A DNA stretch of 64,000 nt from Tubiluchus corallicola. Lineage: Eukaryota; Animalia; Priapulida. The DNA lies in NCBI GenBank assembly GCA_030141605.1, contig JAQGDQ010000482.1, positions 62,001 to 126,000 on the forward strand, in the 5' to 3' direction. How positions within the stretch are numbered: position 1 is the stretch's first letter; every line of letters begins with the position of its first letter. Shown here piece by piece: positions 1-13,700 of the stretch. Made by a program: the position numbers and the translations under genes. The notes beneath the pieces are model-generated. The model was given only the letters and a program-made list of their open reading frames with translations. It was not told the DNA's origin and ran no database searches.

Positions 1-302
1 TGTCGTCACTAACTGTGCTTGCTCATCATCACTTGTGATCAAAATAAGTATTTTAATCGGTTTAAAAAAATTAATGTAATGTAAAGTTAATGATATTAAT
101 AATGCGAAATGCAACAGGATAGAAAGACTTTAAAGTGCTTGTATTTTTAGTGCTAATTTATCAGTATTCACAACTTTTCATAGGTCAGATTAAACCTCTA
201 AACAAGAAAAGAGGAATGTAGCAGCTAGCAGTCTTTTTTGTTATAATTTGTCAAGCATTGTAACCAACAAGGAACTATTAGATTTGTAATAAACAATTTC
301 AT

Positions 303-690
303 AGTTTTGTTGTGCACACGTGTAGTTGCTGTAGGTCAGAGGTTAAGTGTACCATAGTAGTGCAACTTAACTACCACTGTCATGTGACATGTGGGTAAAG
401 CAAAGCCGTCTGCCGTCGGCATACTAACTTCAGTTGTTTAACATGGAATTTACTTAGTTATGAATTAGTCTGTGTGTAGAGTGACTTACAGGATTACTAG
501 CAGGATTTTGCTTGGGAACAAGAAGAAATGAACTGGGTAAGGTTCTGGTTTGCTGTTAAAGCTGCTACTATTACAGTCTCATGGACTGCCAGGCATAGTC
601 AAGTGTACACAAATGCATTGTTCAGTACACTTAACTTTTGACCTTTTTGTGATCATCATCAATCGCTCGAACTGTGAAAAGGCTTATTGG
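303..690. repeat. Interspersed repeat; inverted copy at about 17225-17602
   Basis: gggtaaagcaaagccgtctgccgt and ttttgcttgggaacaagaa occur as reverse complements at 17490-17515 and 17388-17406, with colinear similarity across the block. Confidence 0.75.
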
Positions 691-849
691 CAGCTGAATG
701 GTTAGTTGGTTACAAATTCGATGCTCAAATTTCTTAATGTGCATATAATATTCACAATTCATTTGGTTAAATAGCTTTGACAAGCTGTTTCTTTTTCAAT
801 TTGTATCTAAATTTTTTTATGTTGGACATTTAAGATTGAAATAAGAGAT

Positions 850-1500
850 GCTGCCTCTACAGGGGACTGTGTGGTCTAGTGATTACAATTTTTCGTTTGC
901 AATCGAAAGGTCTCTTTAGATTCCGGACATCTGCAATTGAAGTAAGACATGGCCATCACCACAAGGGTCTTTGTGGTCTAGTGATTATAATTTTTCACTT
1001 GTAGTCTAAAGGTCTCTGGCTTAGATCCTTGACATCTGTGATTGAAATAAGGTGTGCCATTGCCACAAAGGATTGTGTGGTCTAATGATTACAATTTTCC
1101 AATTGTAATTCAAGGGTCTCTGGCTTAGGTCTTGGGCATTTTGGGATTAAAATAAGGCAGGCAATCACCACAAGGGACTGCGTGGTGTAGTGATTACAAT
1201 TTTTCACTTGTAATCCAAAGGTCTCTGGCTCGTTTCCCAGAAAGTTCCAACTTTTCATTTCTCCTGTTTTGATGAAATTATAGAATTCCTGACTACAAAA
1301 CAAAAGGCTGGCTTAGGTCCTGGGCATTTTGTGATTGAAACAAGACAGGCCATCACCACAAGGGACTGTGTGGTCTAGTGATTACAGTTTGCACTTGTAA
1401 TCCAAAGGTCGCTGGCTCGCATCCTGGAAAATTCCAACTTTTTTGCATTTCTCCCGTTTTGATCAAATTACAGAATTTCTGACCGCAAAAGGCTGACTGC
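850..1500 (+). repeat. Tandem array (5 units, mostly about 104 bp) of tRNA-derived SINE-like heads
   Basis: Units start near 862, 965, 1069, 1174, 1362 with gggactgtgtggtctagtgattaca (A-box-like), cacttgtaatccaaaggtc (anticodon/variable-arm-like) and a degenerate B box. Confidence 0.65.
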
Positions 1501-3101
1501 AATAGATTACTGCATTCTGAACACAGTTAATAGATGCTTTTTGTCACCAGTCCTGTGAAACGGCTGATATTATTCGAGTTCTATGCGAAGTCAGTGTTTG
1601 TATTTACATGATTCAAAGCTTTTTTTGCTCATAATAAATATAACATTAACCCAATAAACCCACAGTTGAAATTATAATCAGAAGGTTCCTGGTTCGAATC
1701 CAGGTTCAGTCGGAATTTTTACTTTTCCATTTTTAGTTCAGGTTTGACTTTTTAACAACTTCAAAACTATTGAGTTTATTTTATCATTAATTAATGCCTT
1801 TAATTTGAAATTAAGATTAAATTAAATCTAATTTAATAGTTTCTTCTTGTAAATTTTACTTTTTAAACCGTTCCTCGTGTTTAACAGTACTTGGTTAGCT
1901 GTAGTTTTTACTAACTAGCCAAGTATTCTACGTCTTGTTTTGCATAAATTTCTTGGCTAATGGCGCTTGTAGGCAGCTAATTACTGCTAATTAGTGCAGT
2001 GCCCAAGACGCATTCCTTCACACTCCATTGTGGATGGTGTTGTTTTAACCCTCTCCTATTCACGCCTGGACAATGTCCAGCCCAACTGTCTCGCCGCCTT
2101 GGTGGCTACATGCTGTACTTCACAGCGTATTATTATTGCTGTTCCGTCTGCTGATCGCACTCCCCAAGCTGCGCCATCTAGCGGCGGATGGTGAAATATT
2201 GCTTTTATGTGATTAACGACTTTCAGTTTCCTGTTTAGTTTTGAATTGTCAAAAACAAAAATACATTTAAGAAAAGAGAAATGTAATTTTTAGTCTTTAG
2301 ATAATGCAAGAGAGGGAAAGAAAGTTTTGAAATGTGCACAAAAAAGCAAAACCTTAAATAGAATTTAAAATAGATGTTTTAATAATTTTTTATTAGGATG
2401 TTATTTTAATTTATTTGCTAAAATTCATGTTTAAGTTTGTATGTTGGTGGAAATAATTGCTTATTAAATGCAAGTTAAAATTTGTTACACTTAACTTGTT
2501 TTGTTTATGAGAAGATTATTTGTTTATGTATCTATTTATTTGTTCACTAAATTAAATATTTAATTTCAGTGGAATAAACTTCTTACAGCATCGCTAGTTA
2601 CTGCTGAATTTTGGTATAAGAATTTCTTTATTTGGGCTGTAAAGTATTAATGCAACGGTAATGTTTGCGGAAAGTTCTTGGGAATCAAAAATTTGCTCTT
2701 CCTGGAAAACAAATTATGACGTCGCGGTAACTTTATGAAATCACAAACTTGTCCAGTGACGAACTCGAAAGTGTGCACCTGAAATTTTTAGAGTTTTAGG
2801 ATTTTCTTCTTAGCTATGTAACAGCTCTATTTATTTGCAAACTATGCTTTCACAGACATAGAAGATTTCTGCCATTGGAAAAGTCTAATCAGTGGCAGAA
2901 CCTTTGCTAAGTGCATTTACAACCTTAGAGATGATTAATTAAGCTTATAAACATTTTTATAATTATGAGAAAAACTACGTCGGACGTTCTCGCTTGCTCG
3001 ACATCCATGTGCACCACCTTACATTGTACCGCACTGCTGCACATTACCTTGCTGTTCGCCTTGTACCATTTTGACATGCATCACCTCATGGTACATAGCA
3101 A

Positions 3102-3608
3102 CAGTGGCGGCTCGTGTATAGGTACTGTGGAACAGCAGCGCCCCTTACCTTCACTAAATATTATCAATAATATTCAATATAATAAGTATTTTTTTAGTTC
3201 TTTCTTCATGTTTCTATGGAACCAGAACGCGCGTGAGGGTACTACTGTTTGCTTCACAGCCCAACACACTGCGCTCCAGCAATGCGGTGTTTAGCTGTTG
3301 TGAGCATGCAGCCATGTACACATGTCTGAGCCCGAGTAGAGAAAGTACTGTCGCTCACACAGTTCGTTATCAGTTGTCACGTGCCATGTGAATATTAATA
3401 TCAAGCTTGAACTGCGACAATTTATGCTATCAGTAAGCAAAAAATATTTTTTGTTAAGATATTATCTAGTTCATGTATAAACTTTCTTGTGTTTAAAATT
3501 ACAATTACAATTTACAACATTAAAATCACGTCTGTTTCGTTTTACACGGTATTAAAACAATGGCTAAAAATTTTCTGAATCAGCCCCTACTAATTTTAGG
3601 TACCAAGC
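3102..3608 (+). mobile_element. hAT-like non-autonomous element (CAGTGGCGGCTCGT terminus); second copy about 39540-39983
   Basis: About 430 bp colinear with 39540-39983. This copy keeps the left end cagtggcggctcgt; the other keeps the complementary right end acaagccaccactg. Confidence 0.75.
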
Positions 3609-4332
3609 AAAATAGCATTGCGATAAAGTATATGGCTGTGAATGTCAAACAAGCACGAACGTCCCACATTGTTATAGATGATGAAATCTGTGTTTAAACT
3701 ATAGACTGAAATATGCTTTGAAAAATTCCCGCTTATTTCAATTTTCAAAGTACAAATTTAACGTTTTATTTGCAAAGTAATACGTGTGGACATACCATGC
3801 GGATTATATTACAAGTGGTTGTGTGCTGGACTGACATAATAGTAGTTAAAGGGAAAGAAAAGGCAATTGTAAAGTTTGTCGTAAAACACAAAGTTATATT
3901 TTTAGCATTACAATTACTTGGTTTAATTACTGCATAATAGGCACTGCCTTTATAAACTGGTTGTAAGTTTGTAAATTTACCACTGATAATGACAGCAGTT
4001 GCTTTGTCAAAATGTTTGCCATGATTTTAACTGCGTAAAGTAAAAGTTTTAATAAAGTTGTGTTGTTCTAAAGTTCTATAAATGTTTTAAGTGCCTGTAA
4101 TAGAAAAATTAACCGAAGCACTTATGTAACTAGAAGAGGAAATTTTGAAAAATTCATAATGTTTGCACCAACTGGGAAAATGTAATCGACTCACCAAAAA
4201 AACACATGATTGATTTTAGTAACAATATCAAGTAATTTTAACTTTTGCTTAAGTTATTGCTAAACTATTGAAGTATTTGCTGTAAATGCGCTGATTATAA
4301 TGTTATAATTATAACTTCATGCGCAATGTTAG

Positions 4333-4530
4333 CTAAACTTGTTTCAAACGACCTACCATTAAAATGTCTGCGTCTAAACTGTCATTGAGGGAGTTTACAA
4401 CTTTTATACAGCATTTGAGCGTTACTACCGATGCAAGCTCTATGCGCAACCAGACACCATATAACTGATATAAAATTTTGAGATGAGTTCATTTAGGCTT
4501 GCATGAGTAACATGTTTTCCTTTGGTTTAA
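4333..4530 (+). repeat. Interspersed repeat with TTAA-flanked end (Kolobok-like family B); copy at about 27008-27195
   Basis: ctaaacttgtttca...gcgttactaccgatgca... is shared with 27008-27130. The end gttttcttgtgctttaa (degenerate here) also occurs near 5167-5183, 27177-27195 and reversed at 10402-10417. Confidence 0.6.
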
Positions 4531-4579
4531 TTTATCTGTGCAAGTTTATCATTTGTGACATTGTTGTTGTCTGTTGCAG

Positions 4580-7500
4580 CTCAATGTCTCTTGTGCTTCT
4601 GTGCGGGGGCGTGCCCGGAAGACGCCGTCAACAACACGTGTTACGCTCAAGCGGAGGGACAATGTTTCAAAGCCGTGACGGAGGTGATGAATCCACAGAC
4701 GTACAAGCTGGAGCCGGAGTACACGCTCGGATGTCTGGCACCTGACGGAAACAGCGTTTTCCAGGTATTTGTCTCGTTGGCTGGGTGCACTTTAAAAGAA
4801 AACCGGACGATTGTGTAAACACGAGTTCAGAATAAAGAATGCTGTAAAGTATTGAAAACTACAATAGCTTGTTTTACATCAAAGCTTAGATTAAATAATA
4901 ATTACCTCAGATACTCAAATTTCGTTAAATTTTCAAAGCTACACGTGGCTCAGTGAATCTACTAAGATTGGCAACGGCTCCTTTTTGTCACATTCGCGTT
5001 GCCGACAAATAGAAGGTGGTGCCGTGATAACCATGATCCTGAACTGCAGTGTTAGTTTCTGACGCCACATGATGTAGAGCCCATTTTTGTGACATCACAC
5101 GTTTAAGCAGTAACACATACGCAAACGTGTTTGACACGCAAGGGAAGATGCCTGCCTATGAAGAGTGTTTTCTTGTGCTTTAATAGCATACATAATTTAT
5201 TCTAACACATAACATATTTTAGTCGAAAAGATTCGTTTGAAGAAAGTTAAGTGTTTTTCTAATGACATAATGGCTTCCATTTTGTCTTATTTCAGTGCAA
5301 GGGGCATCTGGTGCCTCATCAAATACCAACGTCTATCCTGTGTTGTGATAATGTCGACTTCTGTAACTTGGAGCTTCATCCAACGTACATGTATAGACCC
5401 ACAACACCTGTCCCGGGTAACTATCTTAAAACTTGCCTAGTTTTAGTACAGCACACTGAATATCTTGCAGTAACACTGTACTTCAATTTTCGCTTTCGCA
5501 AACACGAATATTTTTGCTGCTGAAAATTATGTTAGTTTGTGATGTCATCAATAGTTGGGCTCGCCTGCCGTTAATTAAGATTTTAATCAATGATCAAAAA
5601 CGTTTTTGCAGTTTTCATTGTGTTAAAATGTATGCTTTTCATCGGACTAGAAAGTTGGGTAGTATGTTAAAAATCATTGTGACTTTCTTTAACCTTAATC
5701 ATGCTAATACTTACATTCATTAATGTGAACTGGATCGAGATGTTAATTAATTCAAACACCACATGGCAGTGCCATCTCTAGTCAGGATTAATAATAATTG
5801 TAACATTATTGGAGCTAAAATGTATACATTTACCGTACTTCAAAATGGGGTGGTATATGAAAAATCATCCTGTCTTCCTGTGAAAATCTTATAACTATAT
5901 CTTTGATTTGCAGGTACGGAAACCTTGTAAGTCTGTGGAAATGTGGGCCGTGTTGGGCTAGAGTGTTAGAAAGTCACCTCTGTAATTCATGTTTATTTTT
6001 CTAGGTTTACCATTGGGTTATCACATAAGCATACATCAGATAGCTCTATTCATCTCTCTTACAATATGTCTCATCGTCCTCATTGTCATCGTCACATTCT
6101 GCTATTTACGGTAAGTACCACTAGGTGTCGGCTGTGTCTAATTTAATTCTGAGGTGGTTAGCTCTTTAAGCATTTAATCGACTGCTAAATGATGTAACCA
6201 TTTAGGAAATCACTTGCTGTTACTTAGCCAAATTTTCTACATATCCATATTAATGAAACCTTGTATTTTTTCTAAGTTGACATACGCAGTTAGCAATATC
6301 CCGCTTATATTAAATTGTACCATTTACAACATTTGTTTCAATTAATCTGGTTGCCTAAGAAACATCTAAACGGTAAAATGCAAAAAGTGTTTTACTTGCG
6401 TATGTTACGAGGATGCCCGCCATGTTGGACATTCTCGGTGGCGCATGCTGGATTTGAACCGCACCATTTACTCGTACAAGGAACGAATGAACGAACGAAC
6501 AGTTAAACAGTTTTTTGACCACAATTAGCAACATTTAAACAGTTATTTGTAAAGCCTAACTATCTCAGCCCTAGTCTAATTGTCATTAGCCATTATCTTT
6601 CTGCAGTACGCGCATTTGAGCCAACCGATGTTAAGCGAGCGAGTCTGATCAGTAAATCGATAGGTGCCTTCTGGAAACTGCTGAAGGTTGTTGATACTCC
6701 ATGAATTTATAAAATTGCCATTATCTTTCTGCATTACGTGCATTTGAACCAACCGATGTTAAGAGAGCGAGTCTGATCAGTAAATGGATAGGTGCCTTCT
6801 GGAAACTGCTGAAGGTTGTTGATACTCTCCAAGAATTTATAAAATTGTTTTAGATGGATATGGAACAGCAAAATCATTTAAATGTTGGGGTTTTTCGCAC
6901 ATTAGTGCACATACTCCGTGTAATAAGAGAAGGCATAGTGGTTGTCCCTGCCGATCCAGAGGTTCTGGGTTCGAATCCCACTCATTTCGGCATTTTTTTA
7001 CCAATGATCCACTCGTACAGGATTCTTGGCTGCCTTCCTAACTGTACTCATCCTTTACTGGTCACTTTCTCTTGGGGGGAAAAAGACGACCGACCGATGG
7101 ACAAGCAAGCTATCCACCGAGGCCGCCTTGTGTGCGAATACGAAAATACATGCCATATTTGCTTATCCCTTCATTAGACTTTTTCCCGCTTCTTCTTCTT
7201 CATTTGTTTTTCCTTTTCTTCTTTTACGTGTGTTAATGTTATTCCTGTGATTGTCCAAATGTAAGTTCTCGGTTCATGTTGGTTTCAAACACGAGCTTAC
7301 CCCATCTATAATTTCTCGTGCTCTCCGATCTAAGCACTACATTCATCATTATTTTCAGCTACAAGCGCAGAGAACACAGACACAGGCAGTACATCGAGTC
7401 GACCGATCGATGTGATTCGTACGTGCCGACCGGAGAGAGCTTGCGAGAGCTGATTGATCAAACGTCCGGCAGCGGCTCTGGGTTGCCTTTACTGGTGAGT

Positions 7501-7729
7501 GACCGTTCTACCAGCATGTTTATTGTGTTTTTTTTCATAATACACTCACATCTCAGTTTGTCGGACAAAAGCGGGGAGATATCGGTCTGCATTTGCCGAT
7601 TGTGGATACTAAGCTAATGCAGTAGGCACGGTGTATTAGACTCGTGATAATGTAGAACCAATCACCTAATTTTCTTAAAAACATCTAGTATGGCAGCTCC
7701 TACATAGATATATATACTATATACTTATA

Positions 7730-7778
<49 letters not shown>

Positions 7779-10700
7779 TATATAAAAACAGTCGGCAATT
7801 GACTAAAAAAAATCCATATAATTAACTCTATATTTTTATATATAGAGATAAACAAGTGGTTACACTGATGTAAACAAAGTGACGGCCAGCCGACTGGTGG
7901 CCAGCTCGCAAAACATAGGGCTGCGTCCATAGCACGCGGGGCTTTTAACGGTCCAGATTCTGTCCGATTCTTCCAATATCCGTAAAAGCGAGGTCCAACA
8001 AGCCTAATATGAGTGCATACATCCTGCCCTTATTTACCAACATCCTTGTGCTGTGCTTACACGCTTGTGGATCAGATTTATGACAAATCGTTCAGACATG
8101 TCTTCTCTTCCGAGCTCTACTTAATGAGGGATAGAAGAAAGGCTGGCATAAAAGAATGTTTGATGACTGTTGGACCCCTCGAAAGCCCAGCTAACCCTGT
8201 TCTGCATTAGAGAAAGTTCTTAATTTTGTTAAAAATGGAGACTGATAATAATATGTAAATTCATCGTCACCACATTTCAGGTTCAGCGCACGATAGCCAA
8301 GCAAGTATCGATGGCAAAATGCGTGGGTAAAGGTCGTTACGGGGAGGTGTGGAAAGCTCGGTGGAGAGGAGAGCCCGTGGCCGTGAAGATTTTCCTGACG
8401 ACGGATGAAGCCAGTTGGTTCCGCGAGACAGAGATCTACCAGACCGTCTTATTGAGACATGAAAACATTCTAGGTACAGCTCCATTTATTCTAAATTATT
8501 TGTTTGATTTCTGCCAATCTAACTTTTTTGAGCTGTGTGATTAAAAACCTGGATTTCAAAGGATATTTGGTCCACAGTGGATTATAACAAGCATCTAAAG
8601 CACAGTGCATCTGTTGTAAAGGAAGATGGTAACTAATGAAAAGGTTTTACAGTAATTTAATTTAAAATAGATCTAATAGATGGCACCACAATGCATGTAT
8701 GTTAACTCTTCTTTCTAACTGACTTGGACTTTGTAAAGTGAGTGGGCAATATGTGTCAGTTTTTATTCATTTTACCGTTTTGCGATTTTTAACATTGACA
8801 AAAATGATATGTTTTATCATGGTCATTTCCATTGCGTAAATTTGCCTAATCAAAGGGTCTGCAAGATTTTGTTCTAGTCTTACATCCAATGAGAATTCTT
8901 GTTTCAAATGAGAAGGTAGCTTTGTTGACAAAGGAGAACCATTCTCGACTGCGAAACTCCGTAACTTCAAGTGTTTTTCTATTCACAGCATTCTTATATG
9001 TGTACTTCGCAATGTTTACGTGTTTACATGTATGTATTGTGGTATTTTGGAAAATGTAAACAAAAACAAAATCTTCCCAACAAGTATTCATGTTAACAAA
9101 GACAGTTACTAATTCTGTTGCTGCTTCTGTTATTTTGAAACGTTTTGCATTGGGCACTAGCCATTGTAATTTAGCAATAAGGGTAGTCTTCTTTTAAGCA
9201 GTAGTGAAGAAATGGACTACACTGATTGGACGAAATCGGTCATGTGATACAACAGTATGTAATTTGTACAGATGCATCGCAAATTGAAAATCTTCACAAC
9301 AAATATTCATGTTAACAAAGACAGTTACTAATTCTGTTGCTGCTTCTGTTATTTTGAAACGTTTTGCATTGGGCACTAGCCATTGTAATTTAGCAATAAG
9401 GGTAGTCTTCTTTTAGGCAGTTGTGAAGAAATGGACTACACTGATTGGACGAAACTGATCACGTTATACAACAGTATGTAATTTGTACAGGTGCATCTCA
9501 AATTGAAAATCTTCACAACAAGTATTCATGTTAACAAAGACAATTACTAATTCCGATGCTGCTTTTGTTATTTTGAAACATTTTGCGTTAGGCACTAGCC
9601 ATTGTAATTTAGCAATAAGGGTAATCTTTTTTAAGCAGTAGTGAGGAAATGGACTGCACTGATTGGACGAAATTGATCACGTGATACAACAGTATGTAAT
9701 TTGTCCCGATGCATCTCAAATTGAAAAACAATTAATTAGGAATCTTCCCGTTTTCTAGGTTTCATTGCTGCTGATATCAAGGGAACGGGTTCGTGGACGC
9801 AACTGTATCTCATCTCCGAATATCACGAGAACGGTTCGCTGTACGACTACCTGCAGTGCACCACACTAGACGTGGCAGCACTGTTACGTTTAGCACTGTC
9901 GGCAGCAAGCGGTATTGCGCACCTGCACACGGAGATCTTTGGTACTCAAGGGAAACCAGCGATCGCTCATCGAGACATCAAGAGTAAGAACATCCTCGTG
10001 AAGAACACGGGAGTTTGTTGCATTGCAGATCTGGGACTGGCTGTCAGATATCTCAGGTTCAATTAATTTATATATATTCTTATTGTTCAAGATTTCTGCT
10101 ATTGACAGTGACGCGCAGCCATTTTGGTCGGTCACTTTAAACAAGTCTAGGGTGAGTCAGCGACATTTTACCATTTGGTGCAAACTCTTTTAATTACTAA
10201 AAAAATTCCTTTCTAGTTCCTAGTCTTTCAAGCAGGTAAGCATAATGCTAAATAATGTATGTAAAATTTTTTGGGACATACTTTAAGATTGCTTTTCCGC
10301 CCCATTTGAGAAAGATACCGCTTCTGTCTGTAAAAAAATTAAGTACTGTGAGTAGTTTTGTTGTCTATTAAATTAGTACAGTTAGTCTGGTATGTGCAAA
10401 TTTAAAGCACAAGAAAACCCTCCACTTTCATAAAGCTTGAAAATTCATCTTGAAATTTTATACCACTTACATACTGCCTTTTAACATTTCCTTTTTATCC
10501 CCTGGTTTACAGTTGCGTAGGTAACGTCATGTAATGGTGCCGTCTGAATAGTACTGCGGGAGATTTAAAATGAAAACAAACAAAAATTCCTTTAATGCGA
10601 ATACGATCTGCGCATTAAATTGCTATAAAGTAATATAATTTTTTTTGACTTTTACAAACAGCAGATTGACATAAGTTAACATTTTACAGCGAAACTAGAG

Positions 10701-13700
10701 AAGTGGACATAGCTCCGAACACTAGGGTCGGCACGAAGCGTTACATGGCCCCCGAAGTGTTGGAGGAGGCATTCGACAAGAGCCATTTTGATTCGTACAA
10801 GATGGCCGACATGTATTCATTTGGACTCGTTCTGTGGGAGATGAGTAGAAGGTGCAGCTCAGGAGGTAAGCTGCCTGACGGAAGATTTGTTTGCATATTT
10901 GTCGTTGCGTTAGCATAGAGTACAAGTTAAGTCGTCAAATACAATCTGTGCCGTTGTTACTACATCAAAGACAAAGTGAAAAATAGATATTTATTATAAT
11001 ACCAATTTTTTTTATAATTTTACATTTTTGAACTTGTGTTTCTTTTTCTTACTTTTTAATTCTGGCATCCTATGGCATTTATTGTTGTTTCTCTAGCTAT
11101 TGGTTTTGTAGGTAAAGAACCATACTTGCTGGTGTCATAAGAAAGACTGTTTTTACGTACTAATAAAAGCTAAAAGACGCAAGTAACTTTATAACCCACA
11201 AAAATGTATATAAAGTCAACCTTGGGTATAAGGTCCTCGGATATAAGGGACTTTCAGTTATAAGGGACGATATCTTCAGGTCCCACATAATAGAAACCCA
11301 GGTAAATTACCTCGCATATAAGGGACCCTATGATCAGGGCGAAATTGGTCGATTTTCAACCTCAATTTTTCACAAAGTCGGCCTTCGAACAGCTTGGTTT
11401 CCGCGGTCACATACATCTCGCATCACTGAAGGAGCTTCCTACATACCGTTTGCACTGAATGTGTAGCAATAATCCATAAAAGTATGGGTAAAAGTACGGA
11501 AAAGTACAGGTCTAGATACACCCTCGGTCTGACTGAACTTTGGCTATAAGGGACGGTTTTTTCTGGTCCGGAGGTGTCCCTTATATCCGAGGTTGACTGT
11601 ACTGTAAATCGGTGTCTGATTTTTGGAATTGTCCATAGTTGTCCTACTTATAACTTGTGTCTCGGGCTTTGCCTGTATTGTATGTCAGTAAAATCTTGAA
11701 ACAGTTTAATTAACACTGCTTTATCAAAAAAATTACTGCATCTTTACCTGGTTTATTTAACACATATAATTCTGTGCTCGTTGTTTCAGCAGATGGCAGC
11801 ACATGTACACACTCACTGAAATTTTGACCAGAATTTATGGTGTTTTGGAACAAACTTGTTGTGATGTATGCTAGTGTGAGAAAACAAAAACATTCTATCA
11901 ACCTTTAATATTAGCTTTTTCTGAGTTTTGCAATATCTGTCTCTTCTGTTGATTCAGAATTTTAATTACTTTTATAGGTATCATTGACGAGTATCAGCTT
12001 CCGTACTACGATTGCGTTTCGTCTGATCCAAGCTTCGAAGAAATGAGGAAAGTTGTGGCAATAGAGAAAATCAGACCGAATATTCCCAATAGATGGAGCT
12101 GCTGTGAGGTAGTTTGAAAATAATCTTTCTTTTTGCATAAACCATTCAGGTGGCCACTTTGTTGTAACCAGTTGAATTTTGGGATATGATCAAATTTAAT
12201 AAAATATTGCATTTGTTCCTGTTTTGTTTTGTTCTTTTTTACATCGAGTTTTTTGTCTATAATGCTTTTTCGCTCGCTGATTTTGTCTTTAATTTGTTAA
12301 TTTTTACATTCTTTGTACCCTAATTTTCACTTCTAATTAGTTTTTGTTCAAAATTAATGCGCAAGTTTTCAAATAGCGTGCATCGTCCCGAACACTGGTA
12401 GCTAGGGGTGAGCATCGGAAGATTTTTTAGTTCGAATTTGATCCGAAACTAAAATTATAGACTCAGCAGTTCAACTACATGCGTTCTTTATCATTGAAAC
12501 ATTTGAAACATCATGCAGCCAGCTCAATTTAGCTGCAGTTTCTGTGCTCTATTTTGAAACGAATTATTGCTGTTTTTAGTGCAGAACGAAATCAAATAAA
12601 GTGTATGATTTCTGTAAGACCGCATTTTATCACCGATTCGAAAATCTTTAAACTGCAGTGGAATTCGATTCGAATTTGACCGCATTTTATCTACAATTCG
12701 AAAATCTTTAGACTGTATTGCAATTCGATTCGAATTTGACCGCATTTTATCACCGATTCGAAAATCTTTAAACTGTATTGCAATTCGATTCGAATTTGAC
12801 CGCATTTTATCTACGATTCGAAAATCTTTAAACTGTATTGCAATTCGATTCGAATTTGACCGCACTTTATCTACGATTCGAAAATCTTTAGACTGTATTG
12901 CAATTCGATTTGAATTTGACCGCACTTTATCTACGATTCGAAAATCTTTAGACTGTATTGCAATTCGATTCGAATTTGACCGCATCTTATCACCGATTCG
13001 AAAATCTTTAAACTGTATTGCAATTCGATTCGAATTTGACCGCATTTTATCAACGATTCGAAAATCTTTAAACTGTATTGGAATTCGTTTCGAATTTGAC
13101 CGCATTTTATCAACGATTCGAAAATCTTTAAACTGTATTGCAATTCGATTCGAATTTGACCGCATTTTATCTACGATTCGAAAATCTTTAAACTGTATTG
13201 CAATTCGATTCGAATTTGACCGCACTTTATCTACGATTCGAAAATCTTTAGACTGTATTGCAATTCGATTTGAATTTGACCGCACTTTATCTACGATTCG
13301 AAAATCTTTAGACTGTATTGCAATTCGATTCGAATTTGACCGCATCTTATCACCGATTCGAAAATCTTTAAACTGTATTGCAATTCGATTCGAATTTGAC
13401 CGCATTTTATCAACGATTCGAAAATCTTTAAACTGTATTGGAATTCGTTTCGAATTTGACCGCATTTTATCAACGATTCGAAAATCTTTAAACTGTATTG
13501 GAATTCGTTTCGAATTTGACCGCATTTTATCAACGATTCGAATATCTTTAAACTGTATTGGAATTCGTTTCGAATTTGACCGCATTTTATCAACGATTCG
13601 AAAATCTTTAGACTGTATTGCAATTCGATTCGAATTTGACCGCATTTTATCAACGATTCGTATATCTTTAAACTGTATTGGAATTCGTTTCGAATTTGAC

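Noticed and set aside
850-1500. Functional tRNA gene cluster
   Set aside because: B boxes and stems are decayed and no complete cloverleaf could be drawn; treated as SINE-like.
1-4579. BMPR1 signal-peptide exon
   Set aside because: No ATG-hydrophobic segment with a phase-1 donor was found; likely upstream of the window.
4333-5183. Idea that a single TTAA element encloses the first visible BMPR1 exon
   Set aside because: The upstream repeat has its own degenerate end at about 4513-4530, so the pieces on each side are independent.
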